The position numbers and the translations under genes were made by a program. A DNA stretch of 64,000 nucleotides, taken from positions 1 to 64,000 of the forward strand of contig JALAGF010004276.1 in the NCBI GenBank assembly GCA_030167865.1. Reading direction: 5' to 3'. This document shows positions 11,830 to 22,357 of the stretch, piece by piece. Within the stretch, counting starts at the first letter, position 1. Each line of letters starts with the position of its first letter. The stretch is from Craspedostauros australis (Eukaryota). Under the pieces are notes generated by a model, which saw only the letters and a program-made list of their open reading frames with translations, made no database searches and had not been told where the DNA came from.

Positions 11830-13611
11830 ATGATGACGAATCCATTCGATGATGACTACGATGATGACTACGATGAAGGCAACGCCAATGGGGAGGAGAA
11901 GAAGGGAGAAACGGAAGCAAACAACATCGCTTCGCATGAGAAGGGTGCTGGCGATCAGGGCCGCCAACGCGATGCCAAAGGCAACGATGGCGAAGGAGAT
12001 GATCTGGATGCAATGCTGGAGAACATGGACATCGACAAGGACTTCAACGTTGCCACTGCTTCACCTTCGAGGTCAAATTCCAACGTTTCGGACCACTTGA
12101 TCGACGTGACCTGCGCCTCGGGAGATGCCTGCGCGGCAGTTGCCACATCGATGAAGAGCATGCTTGGGTCAGAGCCTTCGTCTCCATCACGAGATGCCTC
12201 CAGGTCGATGCCGGCTTGGGCGAAAGTGGACTACGCAGAACAGCAGCGCTGGAGACGCCCGGAGGTGTACAGCAAGCGATATAGGGCCAATCCGCAAGAA
12301 CAGTCCGAATTGGCGGTGTTGTCGTCAGAGTGCAACATCACCATGTCCATCACACCGCCACCGTCGCCAACGAGGAAGGACAAAAAGCAAAAGAGGAAGA
12401 AGAGGAGTATGTTCAGCTTCCGATCCATGAAGAAGGTGCTGGATAAGGCTGTGGATTCCGTGATCGGCGACGAGAACAACATCGTGGCTTCCAACTTGAT
12501 CTCCAACGAGGACGACAATCCGCATTCCATCATCGTGCATCGCGGCAAGCTCCAAGTCCGGAAGCAGGTCGGGGCGTCGGCGTTCCGGATGGTGGATTGT
12601 GAGTTGATGCTCTTCACGCGTGGCTTCATCGTCATGGAAGATGGCAACCGCGTGAGCGTTGCGACGTACTGGAACAACGTGCAGAGTTTCGAGGATATGA
12701 CCGATGTTCCCGGCGATGCGTTGATTCCGAAAGGTTGCTCATCCTTCTGCATCACCATGAAAGCGGCATCAGGTGATGGGAGCGCAGGAGATCAATCCGT
12801 GGCAAAGCCGAGGCGGATGCAGTTCCTGTGCCGGTCCAACGAGCTTTGGTGCGATGCCATCGAGACTGTGATCGTGGAAAATGCCATGTTCGATCCACGT
12901 TATGACACCACCAAGTTCGGATGGCAGTACGAGCTCATCGTCCATCCAATCTGCACCATGGTCGTCACGAACTCTTCGGTCGAGAGATCCAACGAGGACG
13001 AAGATGTTGCGAATGAACGCATCACATCCATCATACGACAAATGAAACGCGATCCAAAAACCTCCAAGCGCATCAACCAGCTGGACAGATTCAACAAGTG
13101 CTCGGCTCTGCACTACGCTGTGCAATGTGACCACCCCAACGCCGTCTTGATCGAGGGATTGTGCGACGTTGGTGCTGATCCGAATCTCGAGGACTACGAG
13201 AGCCGATCCCCCATGTACTACGCCGAACGCAACAGGCTCGATCACGTCGTGGGCATTTTGAAGACGCACGGGGGCAAGGACTCGGAGATGGCGGCCGTGG
13301 AGCAGCGCGGGGCGTTGTTTGGTTCCGCGCAAGTGGCGGCTGCGGCATCGGAGAGACGACGCGATAGGGAACGTCAAGTCAAGGAACTGGAGCAGGAGGT
13401 GAAGGACGAGCGAAGTCAGCGGGCCCGCGAGAAGGCAGAGAGCGCACAGGCCGCGATGGGCATGGCGATGGCCGGGTTGCAAGAACGCGGTCAAAAGATC
13501 GATGATCTGGGCTGGAAGACTCAGGAATTGCACACCCAGGCGGCCACGTTCGGTGATCTGGCTGCCCAGCTGAAGGAAAAGAGCAAGAAGAAGAAATGGT
13601 ATCAGCTATAG
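11830..13611 (+). CDS. Soluble R-SNARE (tomosyn/amisyn-like) protein with PH-like and ankyrin domains
   Basis: PH-like segment (IVHRGKLQ...ELMLFTRGFIV...QFLCRSNELWCDAIET). Ankyrin repeats (SALHYAVQ...GADPN...SPMYYA). C-terminal LQERGQKIDDLGWKTQEL...KKKKWYQL with no TM helix. Confidence 0.8.
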   Translation: MMTNPFDDDYDDDYDEGNANGEEKKGETEANNIASHEKGAGDQGRQRDAKGNDGEGDDLDAMLENMDIDKDFNVATASPSRSNSNVSDHLIDVTCASGDACAAVATSMKSMLGSEPSSPSRDASRSMPAWAKVDYAEQQRWRRPEVYSKRYRANPQEQSELAVLSSECNITMSITPPPSPTRKDKKQKRKKRSMFSFRSMKKVLDKAVDSVIGDENNIVASNLISNEDDNPHSIIVHRGKLQVRKQVGASAFRMVDCELMLFTRGFIVMEDGNRVSVATYWNNVQSFEDMTDVPGDALIPKGCSSFCITMKAASGDGSAGDQSVAKPRRMQFLCRSNELWCDAIETVIVENAMFDPRYDTTKFGWQYELIVHPICTMVVTNSSVERSNEDEDVANERITSIIRQMKRDPKTSKRINQLDRFNKCSALHYAVQCDHPNAVLIEGLCDVGADPNLEDYESRSPMYYAERNRLDHVVGILKTHGGKDSEMAAVEQRGALFGSAQVAAAASERRRDRERQVKELEQEVKDERSQRAREKAESAQAAMGMAMAGLQERGQKIDDLGWKTQELHTQAATFGDLAAQLKEKSKKKKWYQL

Positions 13612-13889
13612 AAGACAGCTGTAGCTCGTAGAAGAGCAGAAGAGCGCAGCAACGAAGAGTGTTGACATGCACGGCACAGCGCAGTGCCGTGCAATATGTT
13701 TACGAATGTAGCTATGCCATTTGGGTTTTGTCGTAGTACTGTTACGAGCACGTTACGAGTACTTTGATTGATGCGAATGTCATCTACATGCTTGACATAC
13801 CATGCTCGTTCGTTGCGCCCACCCCACTTTGTTCCATGTCGACAGAGCTGACTCTACTCCGCTCTCCTCAAACTTCACTCGTTTGAGAC

Positions 13890-15543
13890 TCATCCGTGAA
13901 CAAAATCCACCCCCATCTGTATCTGCTTCTGCAGCAACGGCACCAGCTTGTCGAACCACTGCTTTTCGTAGTCTGACATCTCGCCGATGCCATGGACTTG
14001 CTCGATTCCATCGACGCCGAGACTGCAGGGTGTTGCGAAGAAGGGTGTATCCGGCACGATCGTCGATTGCACGTACGCGCATTCCAAGATCCCTTCCTCA
14101 CCATCGAGCGCTCGCAGCACGCTGTCCGTGAACCGATAGCCTGCGTAGGCCATGTTCAGGGTCGCCGCGCCCTTGCCCTCCTTGGCCTTCAGGATCTCGT
14201 CGCCGCCGAATTGTACCCGCACCGTCAGGGCTTCGCGTGCCTCGTCGGTCGGTTGGAAGTTCGGGATGCGGCTGAAGAGGGGCAGGATCGTGATGCCGTT
14301 GTGACCGCCGACCACGGGAACGTTGATGTTCCTCAGCTCATCCTCGGCTACGTTGCTCGATGCACGAAGATGCTGCGCAACGAATGCGTTGGCACGGCAG
14401 ACGTCGAGTGTGGTAACGCCGGCGAGCTTCTTGGGATTGTACGCGCCATGCAGCTTGAGGACTTCGGCTGCGGTGGGGACTACGCTGTTGACGGGGTTGG
14501 TGATGATGGCCACGAATGCATCCGGGCAATGCTGAGCGACTCCATTCATCAGGGTTTGGATCGCCTCGGCATTGACCTGAATGGTGACGCCATCAAAGCG
14601 CAAGACATCACAGCGCACGTATTACCGTGCAGCGCAATGCAATGTAATGCACGGCGAAGGGTCGATGGGTTCGATGAGATTATGAAGATAGGGGCACCGT
14701 ACCATACCATGTCATGACATGGCAGGTTGGGATCGATGGGTACATGCACCAAGAAGCAAAAGGACCGCAGACGTGTGTGAGAAGAGAGAGGAAGGGGGAG
14801 CAAGATGGCGCGAAGGACAAAGAGGAACGAAACAATTTGCGCGTTCTTTCGAGAAATGGGATTTCCACCCGCCCTTGGCATCTTCAATCGAGTCATCAAG
14901 ATTATGATGGCGCATAACATAGTGCAGCCGCGCCACCTTCATCTGTTGCGCACCCGGACATCTCTGCAAAGCACAATCAGACGCAACCAAGCACATCAGG
15001 CCACCCTCCTCTTCCGCGCTTGAGTTGTACGGGACAGTACTCTATAGTACACACCTTCAAAAGATCGTCCCGAGTCATGCCCAATCGTCTTGGGACGCCT
15101 GCTGGGATGACAACGACCTCCGCGCCCTGCAGAGCTGCCGCGAGCCCTTCGTCTTCGACCGCTTTCGGTGGCCACGCGGACGATCTCAACGATGGCAGGT
15201 GTCCCGTCACCTTCATGGTTCTACTCATGCCGTTTGGTGGCGGGATGTGAGACAGGTCGGCCGCAACGCCGGGCGTCCCGACCAGGTCATAGCATGCCAG
15301 CTCGGAGATATGGGAAGCCAGGTTGGCCTTGAGCAGCAGGCTGAGCGACTGGCCGATGCCTCCGCCAGCTCCCAACACCGCGACCTTGCGCAATGTGGTT
15401 GCTGGCTGTTGGGTGGTGCCGCTGGTGGAGAGAGATCTGGTAAATGATGATGATGGTGATGATGACAATGATGCTGTCAGCAGCCTGTGTCCCATGGGCA
15501 AAGAACTTGTGTTCCTTTGCAGCAATTTGGCGAACGCGTTCAT
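13890..15543 (-). CDS. MDH: NAD-malate dehydrogenase, mitochondrial type; 2 exons (15543-15055, 14576-13890)
   Basis: [64 protein letters not shown] and VVGGH. Ser/Arg/Leu-rich presequence. Phase-0 GT-AG intron. Confidence 0.95.
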
Positions 15544-18500
15544 GGTGAAGTGGAGGCGGGAATGGTGGCGGCACTCAGAGTGGTGCTCTGTTCTCTATGG
15601 AAGTTTGGATGGCAGCGCGTTCGTAGAGAGCAAATGGATTGCGAGTATTACCGAGCCAACAAGTCAGAGGATCAAAGTCCACGCAAGGAGAAGAATGTGA
15701 TGTGATGTGGTGTCAGGTTAGGTTGGGTTGGGTTGGCTGTTCGATTGGTGATGTGTGGTGCTCTTGTTGTTCTGTCGATTTTGGATCCTGCGTGGTATCT
15801 TGTTGGGGAGGAACAGAACAGAACTCCGTTGTCAGCGAGATGGAGTTCCTTGGATTGGTTGGTGTGATGTTGTTGAAACGAATCTTACCAAGATTGCGGT
15901 GAAATACGCATTACTTTTGTTTTGAGCCAGTATTCCAATGATTCACGACAGGCTATATATGTGGATGTAGTTTTTCAAACGTGGTATACCGGCTCACGAA
16001 TGATCATGACTGCAAAGATGCGAAAAGTGATCTGTCCATGCGGCACGTCTCCAACCAGCATCGACAGTCCCGAAGCCAGCAATCAAACACCACATTCCGT
16101 TTCAAGTGTTACTCGCTCCACTCTGGGAGAAGAGGAGCATGCGGCGCCTTCAATCAGCACTGGCGCGGTTTCGTGGCGTTGGTGAGAGAACGGTGTGAAC
16201 GCGATGCTGGTGGCAGAGCATGAGCATTAGCAGCTACGAGCACATCACACAATGCGCATGACGATTTGGTCGAGCAACCCGCATCGATTAATTCCTCCAA
16301 CAAGCCCATGATCCTTTCGATCTTCGGACCAGTTCGGGAGAGTGCGAATAGGAACTTGGGCAGAACAGGCAGTTCCGCCGCAACATCGTATCTTCGGCAA
16401 TACTCGTGGATGCAAGTACCGATGCTCCCCGTTTGCTGCCACCTGACTCTCTCTCTCTCGTTCCGCCTTGCTTCATTCGCCCCGGAAGAGTCCATTGTGC
16501 CACCCTTGCACCTCTGGGAAGGGAAACAAGAATCCAAGAGTTGTCGGACCCACTGCTACATTGATACTTGTAGGTGCGGCTCGCAGGCCGATGAGGAACT
16601 GGCAAACGTGCCAAATGCGCTCTTGTGGTCATCGTGGTTGTTTGGATTGTTTGCTTCATTCTTCCTCTTCAGCCTCATGCGCTTGTTTCCATGAGCGTAG
16701 ATAGGCTGCCATACAAGTTGTCTGTGTGATGGAAGCGGCCTCTGGAGTCCTATTTTCTGTCGCGTGGCACTCTGTGTTACAGAACTATGAGGCCGCCAGA
16801 GTTGCTTCTTTGGGTCGCGCCACATCTCTGCTTTCTGCCTTCGGGTTTCTGTATCGTGGGGGAATTCGCAGCTGATAAATCCCCGTTGCGGACCATGGGA
16901 GCTCCGCGTGATGTGGATGTGCTGTCGACAACGAGAGCATGCTTTCGTCACGATACTCCCAACGCGACAACAGTGCAACCACACCTGATCATCGAGTTTA
17001 TTTGATGAGGTCTGAAGAAGAGATGGGTGACCAGAACACCGTGGGTTGTTGAGAAGAGACAATGCAACCGCGCAGCAGAACGCTTTCCACTCCTTCATAC
17101 GATGGGACTCTGCACAACGAGCGCAGTCGCCCTCTGCTCACAGAGAGAGAGTTTGGTACTTTTGCAGATTCGCGACACACCAGAGAGTCACAAGGGTGGA
17201 AACGGGTTGCCACGTGATCTGCGCGGCGCTCTTGGTACCAGGATGTGCCGTAATGACCTCCTTGCCACCTCCCCTTGTGCTAACAATCGTTTCCGGTGTG
17301 CTATGTTGCGAATATTCCAGATTGCGATCTATTCTATGATGAGCTAGCTACGAAATGGACCAGTAGTCTTATTCTGACAGAGGATATGACATCTCAGTCC
17401 AGCCCACGGATGCGTTCGACCTGGACCTGATCCATAGATGTTGCGCTAATTGCGAGCGACTCCTCGCGTTGAAGGAACGCCATTGCGCGAGGGTGTGTGT
17501 TGGTGGAGATCGCATTTATGGAACCGAGAGTGGGTAGACATGGGCCGAACACAAACTCGCTTCGCTGTGTGGAATCATCACGACGCAAATGATGAACACA
17601 AATTTAGGGCCGAAGAGGAGCAATGCACTTGAGCGTAGGTCGTAGTCGCTCGGTTGGCCGAAGCCGAAGATTCGAAGATCATCCGCATCTCGGTGCATTT
17701 TCAACCGTGTCATAGTTGTACATGCTAGGAAGAGTACTAGTACGAGTACTGCACGCCCTCTCGTTCTTGCCTGTTCGAAACAAAGAATCGGACTTCCGAG
17801 AAGGGGCTGCGTAGTTGGTGTTAGCTCGTGTTCCTCGTCTTGAATTGACATACGACATTCAGTGGTGAACGTGACCCCAACGGAGTTGCTTGCGGTACAG
17901 CTAAGCCACCACTGCGGTCTCCGTCTTGTTGCGAAACGTCGATCATGTCACAATCCGGCCAACTCATCATGCCTTTCCAACTTGGAAGGCATGGGAAGCA
18001 TCATTGCTGTCCTCTCAAACGTGTATTCATGTTCTCCTTCATGGATGTGTTGTACGAGACCAAACAGATCACTACCTCTGCTTAAATCTCAATGGTTTTT
18101 GATAGTTGCACTTAATAGTGCATTCCCGAATAGGGCCTATTACCGTGAATAACACCGTGATACAACAGCGAGTTCGTCGAATGATAAAAACTTGCTGCTT
18201 ACAGTTCGCAGAAGAAAGAGCTTTGTTCTCCTCCACGCTGCCACGATGCCGAAACAGTCGCGCGGTTGCGCAACACAATCACGGAAGACACCGAAAAACA
18301 ATACGGTGAGCCGTGCGGTATCCCGCACCAAGCGCTGTGCCAGACGCCACCTCCATGCCCTCGCAAACAAACACCACAGTGCGTGGCGTGAGTACAAAAC
18401 GCTTTGCGAAGCGCTGCAGCAACGTGGCAAGCAGGCCCATGCGCCATACGTGCACGAACCCGCAAAACCCAAACAAACAACAACTGACTGGCTCCAAACC

Positions 18501-18577
18501 CTCACAAAATCAAAAACCAAGCAAACAATCGCGACATCCACAGCATCCACCGCACTCGCAACAAATACAAAGTCATC

Positions 18578-19291
18578 ATGTTCCGTCGTTCCAAGGCAGC
18601 ATCCAACGCAGCACCATCAGGTGTCATCGTCAACTTCGATAAGATGGTCAAGTCCTCCAAGGCATCATCGCTCCTCAGCCGCATGCAGAGAGGCCGCAAT
18701 GGCGCGAACAAGCTGAAGGCGCAGCGCCAACACCAACCCGCAGTCGACCCTGAAGTTGCTTCGACTTGCTCCACGGAGAGCGTTTCCACAATGCAGAGCC
18801 TCGTCTCCTCCTTGTCCTCGAGCCAGCCCATCATCGCCACGACCGCCACAACGCAGCATCGCAACGAGAAGAAGGGAAAGAAGGTCACATTCGACTCACA
18901 GCCAAAGGGCCTGCTCATCCCGATGCCATCCCCAGAAGAGATCCACGAACGCTGGTACGACATGCACAACTACGACAGCTTCCGCGAAGACAGCGCCCGA
19001 ACCATCGCCTTGATCCAGAAGTGCCAACGCGACACTCTGCGCCAGCAATCCGACGACTACTGCGTCCGCGGATTGGAGGGCATGTCGCGCGCCGGTGCCC
19101 TGCGATGCAAGAAGCAGCAAGGCTTTGCCCGGCAGGCCGTGTTGAAGCTGCAGAAGGAGTGCCATTCCAAGGGACTCCCCAACTCCGAAGCCATTGCCGA
19201 AGCATACGAGAAGGCCAGCAGCAAGAGCGTCACGATTGCTCTGTCATACGCTCGCAGAGATGAGGAGGATGTCTACAGACAGCAGGACTGA
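18578..19291 (+). CDS. Hypothetical protein of a diatom-expanded family (KKVxF...WY...CxRGLE)
   Basis: 237-aa ORF with coding-like codon bias. Motifs KKVTF, EEIHERWY, YCVRGLEG, ARQAVL and IAEAY. Confidence 0.75.
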   Translation: MFRRSKAASNAAPSGVIVNFDKMVKSSKASSLLSRMQRGRNGANKLKAQRQHQPAVDPEVASTCSTESVSTMQSLVSSLSSSQPIIATTATTQHRNEKKGKKVTFDSQPKGLLIPMPSPEEIHERWYDMHNYDSFREDSARTIALIQKCQRDTLRQQSDDYCVRGLEGMSRAGALRCKKQQGFARQAVLKLQKECHSKGLPNSEAIAEAYEKASSKSVTIALSYARRDEEDVYRQQD

Positions 19292-20004
19292 AGCTGTTTG
19301 GCAAGAACAAAGGCACGACTCCAGAGGGGCACCATCAGGATCACGAGATCAGGTCATGGATCAAGGGGAAGACTGACTCCACGACTTGAGCTCATGCGCA
19401 TATAATACCATACTACGCAGGGTAGATAAAACAATAATTTTGAATTCCAACCTCCACGCTCCAACAATCTTCATCGTGCGCATTACGAGTAGTAGTACGT
19501 GCCAGTAGAGTGGAGCGAAGCACTTATGATTGTCGACAGTAATGGCGTCAGGCACAAAGATCCCAGGAAGCCGCACGACCTGATGTTGGTGCTGGTGGGG
19601 AGAGCACGATACCCCGAAAAGGTTCTACCAGTACACTCTACTAGGTCGTACATACCGGCTGCCCATGCAACGAATCGACATCCATGTCCACCTCCAGGGT
19701 GGCTCTTGCGATGAATCCCTCGTACGTACTACGCATGTCCTCGTCATTCGACATTGCCATGCACACCGGAACTGATCGATCCCGACAGATGTGCTTGTGC
19801 GTGGCGTGACCACCAGATCATCAACCCTCGATGTCAAGCTGAATGGAGCCAAATGACTACATCGCTATCACTTTGAACGTAGAATAGGATCATCCCCCAC
19901 CCTGTTCCACTTCACACGACAGTGCGAGAATGCACCTCATGCATCAACATATGATACCAATGGACAACCAAACTCTCCTTTGGCACGCACACTCGCCATT
20001 GTCT

Positions 20005-21654
20005 CTAGTTATTCTCTACTCGCTTCAATCCATCGTAGTAAGTATAGGTCTGCGATGGCAACAACGATGCGGCGCCCACGGCCGTGAGTTCCGCCCGCAC
20101 CGTCGATGGTTCCGGACAGACGTAGCATTCGGGCGGAAACAGCATCGCCAATCCATCGTGCGCCGCCTTTTGCAAGAAGGGATGCCGCGATCCACCACCG
20201 ACGACGAGCACGTGATCGATGGTACCGGGTGTGCGTCCGGCATCTTCCAGCAGCTTCGTGGCGACGGACGACAGCAACGTGGACACGTTGGTAGGTGGCG
20301 GCAGATTCGGGGACAGGATGGGTTCGTCGCTGCCGTACATGAGCTCGGGGTACGTCGTGTCCCTCCATCTGTCCTCGGTGGCCTGTTCCAGCACCGTGCG
20401 GGACAAATTCAACCTGAAGTGCGGGTCGTCGCTCTTGTCGGGCTGTCCCATGAGGAGATATGGGATGTGCAGATCGACGTTCGTCTTGTGCACCAGTTCC
20501 AGCACGGCCTGCCGTGCTTCCTTGGAGATCAAGGCGAGGGACATGGGGTCGTTGGCCAACGTCGCGGTCTCGTTGCCGTCCGAGTCCGTCACCGCCGTCT
20601 CCTTGACAACACGATCGACGAGCTGCTGCACCAACGCCTCGCCGCCGACGTTAGGGATGGTCGCGAAGGACGTGACAGAGGCGCCGCCTTCGACCAAGCT
20701 CAACGTGGTCTCCAATCCACCAATATCAACGACGAGGCACGTCTGCGAGGACACATCGTCCTTCGTGGTGGGCGATGCAATGCAATCGATCGATTGAGCA
20801 CCCCAAACAGCAGCGATGGGATCCGGAACGACGACGACCTCCTTGTTGATCGCAACACCGCTCACCCTCACGCTGTCGTCGGTCGACGGCTCTGCCTCGA
20901 TAGCCTCCGAATATTGATTGTACAGCTTGGGTGGCATCGCGACGACCGTTCGGACGAGCCGGCTGGATTGCGACACGGATGTTGCTGCCGCTTCGACTCG
21001 CTCCATGACTTGCGCTACGGAAGGAGTGATCATTTCGGAAACGATCTTGGAAGCTTCCTCCAGGGAGGCCGTGTCCGAGACGAATCGCTGGTACGGCAAT
21101 GACACCTGACCTTCCGCACTCGAATTGCTTGGCTTGTAAAAGAACTTGTCCATGGCCGTGGCGCCCGATAGTATGCTGGCCTCGCCTGTACTCCCAGCTG
21201 CCGTCGTCACAAATCGCAAACGTTCGCCTTGCGGCGTCTCCAGCAACGTCGGCGTCGGCTGGCCCACGTACGTCGATGCCACCTTGTTGTAGATGGTGCC
21301 AACATCCACGCCGATCGTCGTGGGGATGGCCTGATCGCCGCTGCGTGCCTGCTTGCGTTCCCACTGCTCCAGCTCCCACTGATAGTCGGCCCATTCCTGA
21401 TCCATGCGACCCATCGCCTTCCAGCTCCATCGTCCGATCATGACAACAGCGCCAGCCGCAATCAGGGGCACGATCTCTCGTCGTTGTGTGGCGTGGTAGT
21501 GGCGCAACGGCGTGGTGCGATGATGAATCCGTCCTTCATTGTGAGTGATACTATCATCGCGAGACAGCCGCATCGCGGATTGCATCATCGTCGACATTGC
21601 CGGCGATGCACGTGAGCGCACGGCTGCTGTCGCGAGTGTTCGTCGAGCGAGCAT
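20005..21654 (-). CDS. Hsp70/actin-like ATPase-domain protein with mitochondrial presequence and one TM helix, lacking the substrate-binding domain
   Basis: IGVDVGT, VVPDPIAA, LVVDIGG, VGGEAL, VLVVGGGSRHP and TAVGAA map in order onto Hsp70 NBD motifs. The ORF ends about 20 aa after the NBD. Confidence 0.8.
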   Translation of the reverse strand: MLARRTLATAAVRSRASPAMSTMMQSAMRLSRDDSITHNEGRIHHRTTPLRHYHATQRREIVPLIAAGAVVMIGRWSWKAMGRMDQEWADYQWELEQWERKQARSGDQAIPTTIGVDVGTIYNKVASTYVGQPTPTLLETPQGERLRFVTTAAGSTGEASILSGATAMDKFFYKPSNSSAEGQVSLPYQRFVSDTASLEEASKIVSEMITPSVAQVMERVEAAATSVSQSSRLVRTVVAMPPKLYNQYSEAIEAEPSTDDSVRVSGVAINKEVVVVPDPIAAVWGAQSIDCIASPTTKDDVSSQTCLVVDIGGLETTLSLVEGGASVTSFATIPNVGGEALVQQLVDRVVKETAVTDSDGNETATLANDPMSLALISKEARQAVLELVHKTNVDLHIPYLLMGQPDKSDDPHFRLNLSRTVLEQATEDRWRDTTYPELMYGSDEPILSPNLPPPTNVSTLLSSVATKLLEDAGRTPGTIDHVLVVGGGSRHPFLQKAAHDGLAMLFPPECYVCPEPSTVRAELTAVGAASLLPSQTYTYYDGLKRVENN

Positions 21655-22357
21655 CGTGTGAGTTTCTGCTGTTGCTCTTCGCTGTCTTGTGCGCTGTATT
21701 CTCAATCTCTGCGCTGCGATAGTGTATGGTACTGGTATGCTTCATGCTATGAGAGGACGCCTCAGGAATGCGGTCCGGGCATGATGGTTGGGTTTGGAGC
21801 TGCCTCCGACGTTCGATGCGCAACATCGAGACATCACCACCGCCATGGTCGAGTCGTTTTTCCACGATCGTTCGTGTTTGGGTTGGTATCGGTTTCGTGA
21901 ATTTGTGGCAGAGGTTTGTCTCAAGATGACGTGTCAAGTCGTGTGAGTCGAACATTCATACCGTTTGAGACGTTATGTTTTGTATTGAGCAATGAAGAAA
22001 CTTGAAAGCCAGAACGGTCACGCGTTCCCACACAACCAACAAAACAGAAACAACTCAAAACGCGAACATGCATGATGGTGTCTTCCTCCTTGTCCGGACG
22101 ATGCCGCCCCTACTGCCATCAACCATCACCATCGTGATGACACCACAAGAATACAAGAGGACTTCATCATCGTCAACATCGGCACAGTCATCACCAAGCT
22201 CTACTTTATTGCCATACTCAAAGGCTCAGCATCAAACAAGGCCCTGCCACACAAGAGCACAAAGCGAAACTGAAGAAAGACATTGGCATCGGCAGGAACG
22301 GTATTTGCCACAGCATCCACATCATATAGTACGCTGCCATTTGCGTTGACAACCACC

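Noticed and set aside
10718-11833. 371-aa + strand ORF
   Set aside because: Non-ATG start and no motif or coding-like composition; probably the promoter/5' region of the SNARE gene.
16154-17350. Short ORF fragments with a helical-looking stretch (LPKFLFALSR...LLEELID)
   Set aside because: Interrupted by stops and not assignable to a family; pseudogene status is unsupported.
19930-21102. Long antisense ORFs (also 23216-24232, 24566-25432 and 61783-62805)
   Set aside because: They are shadows of real genes on the opposite strand, expected from GC-rich codon bias.
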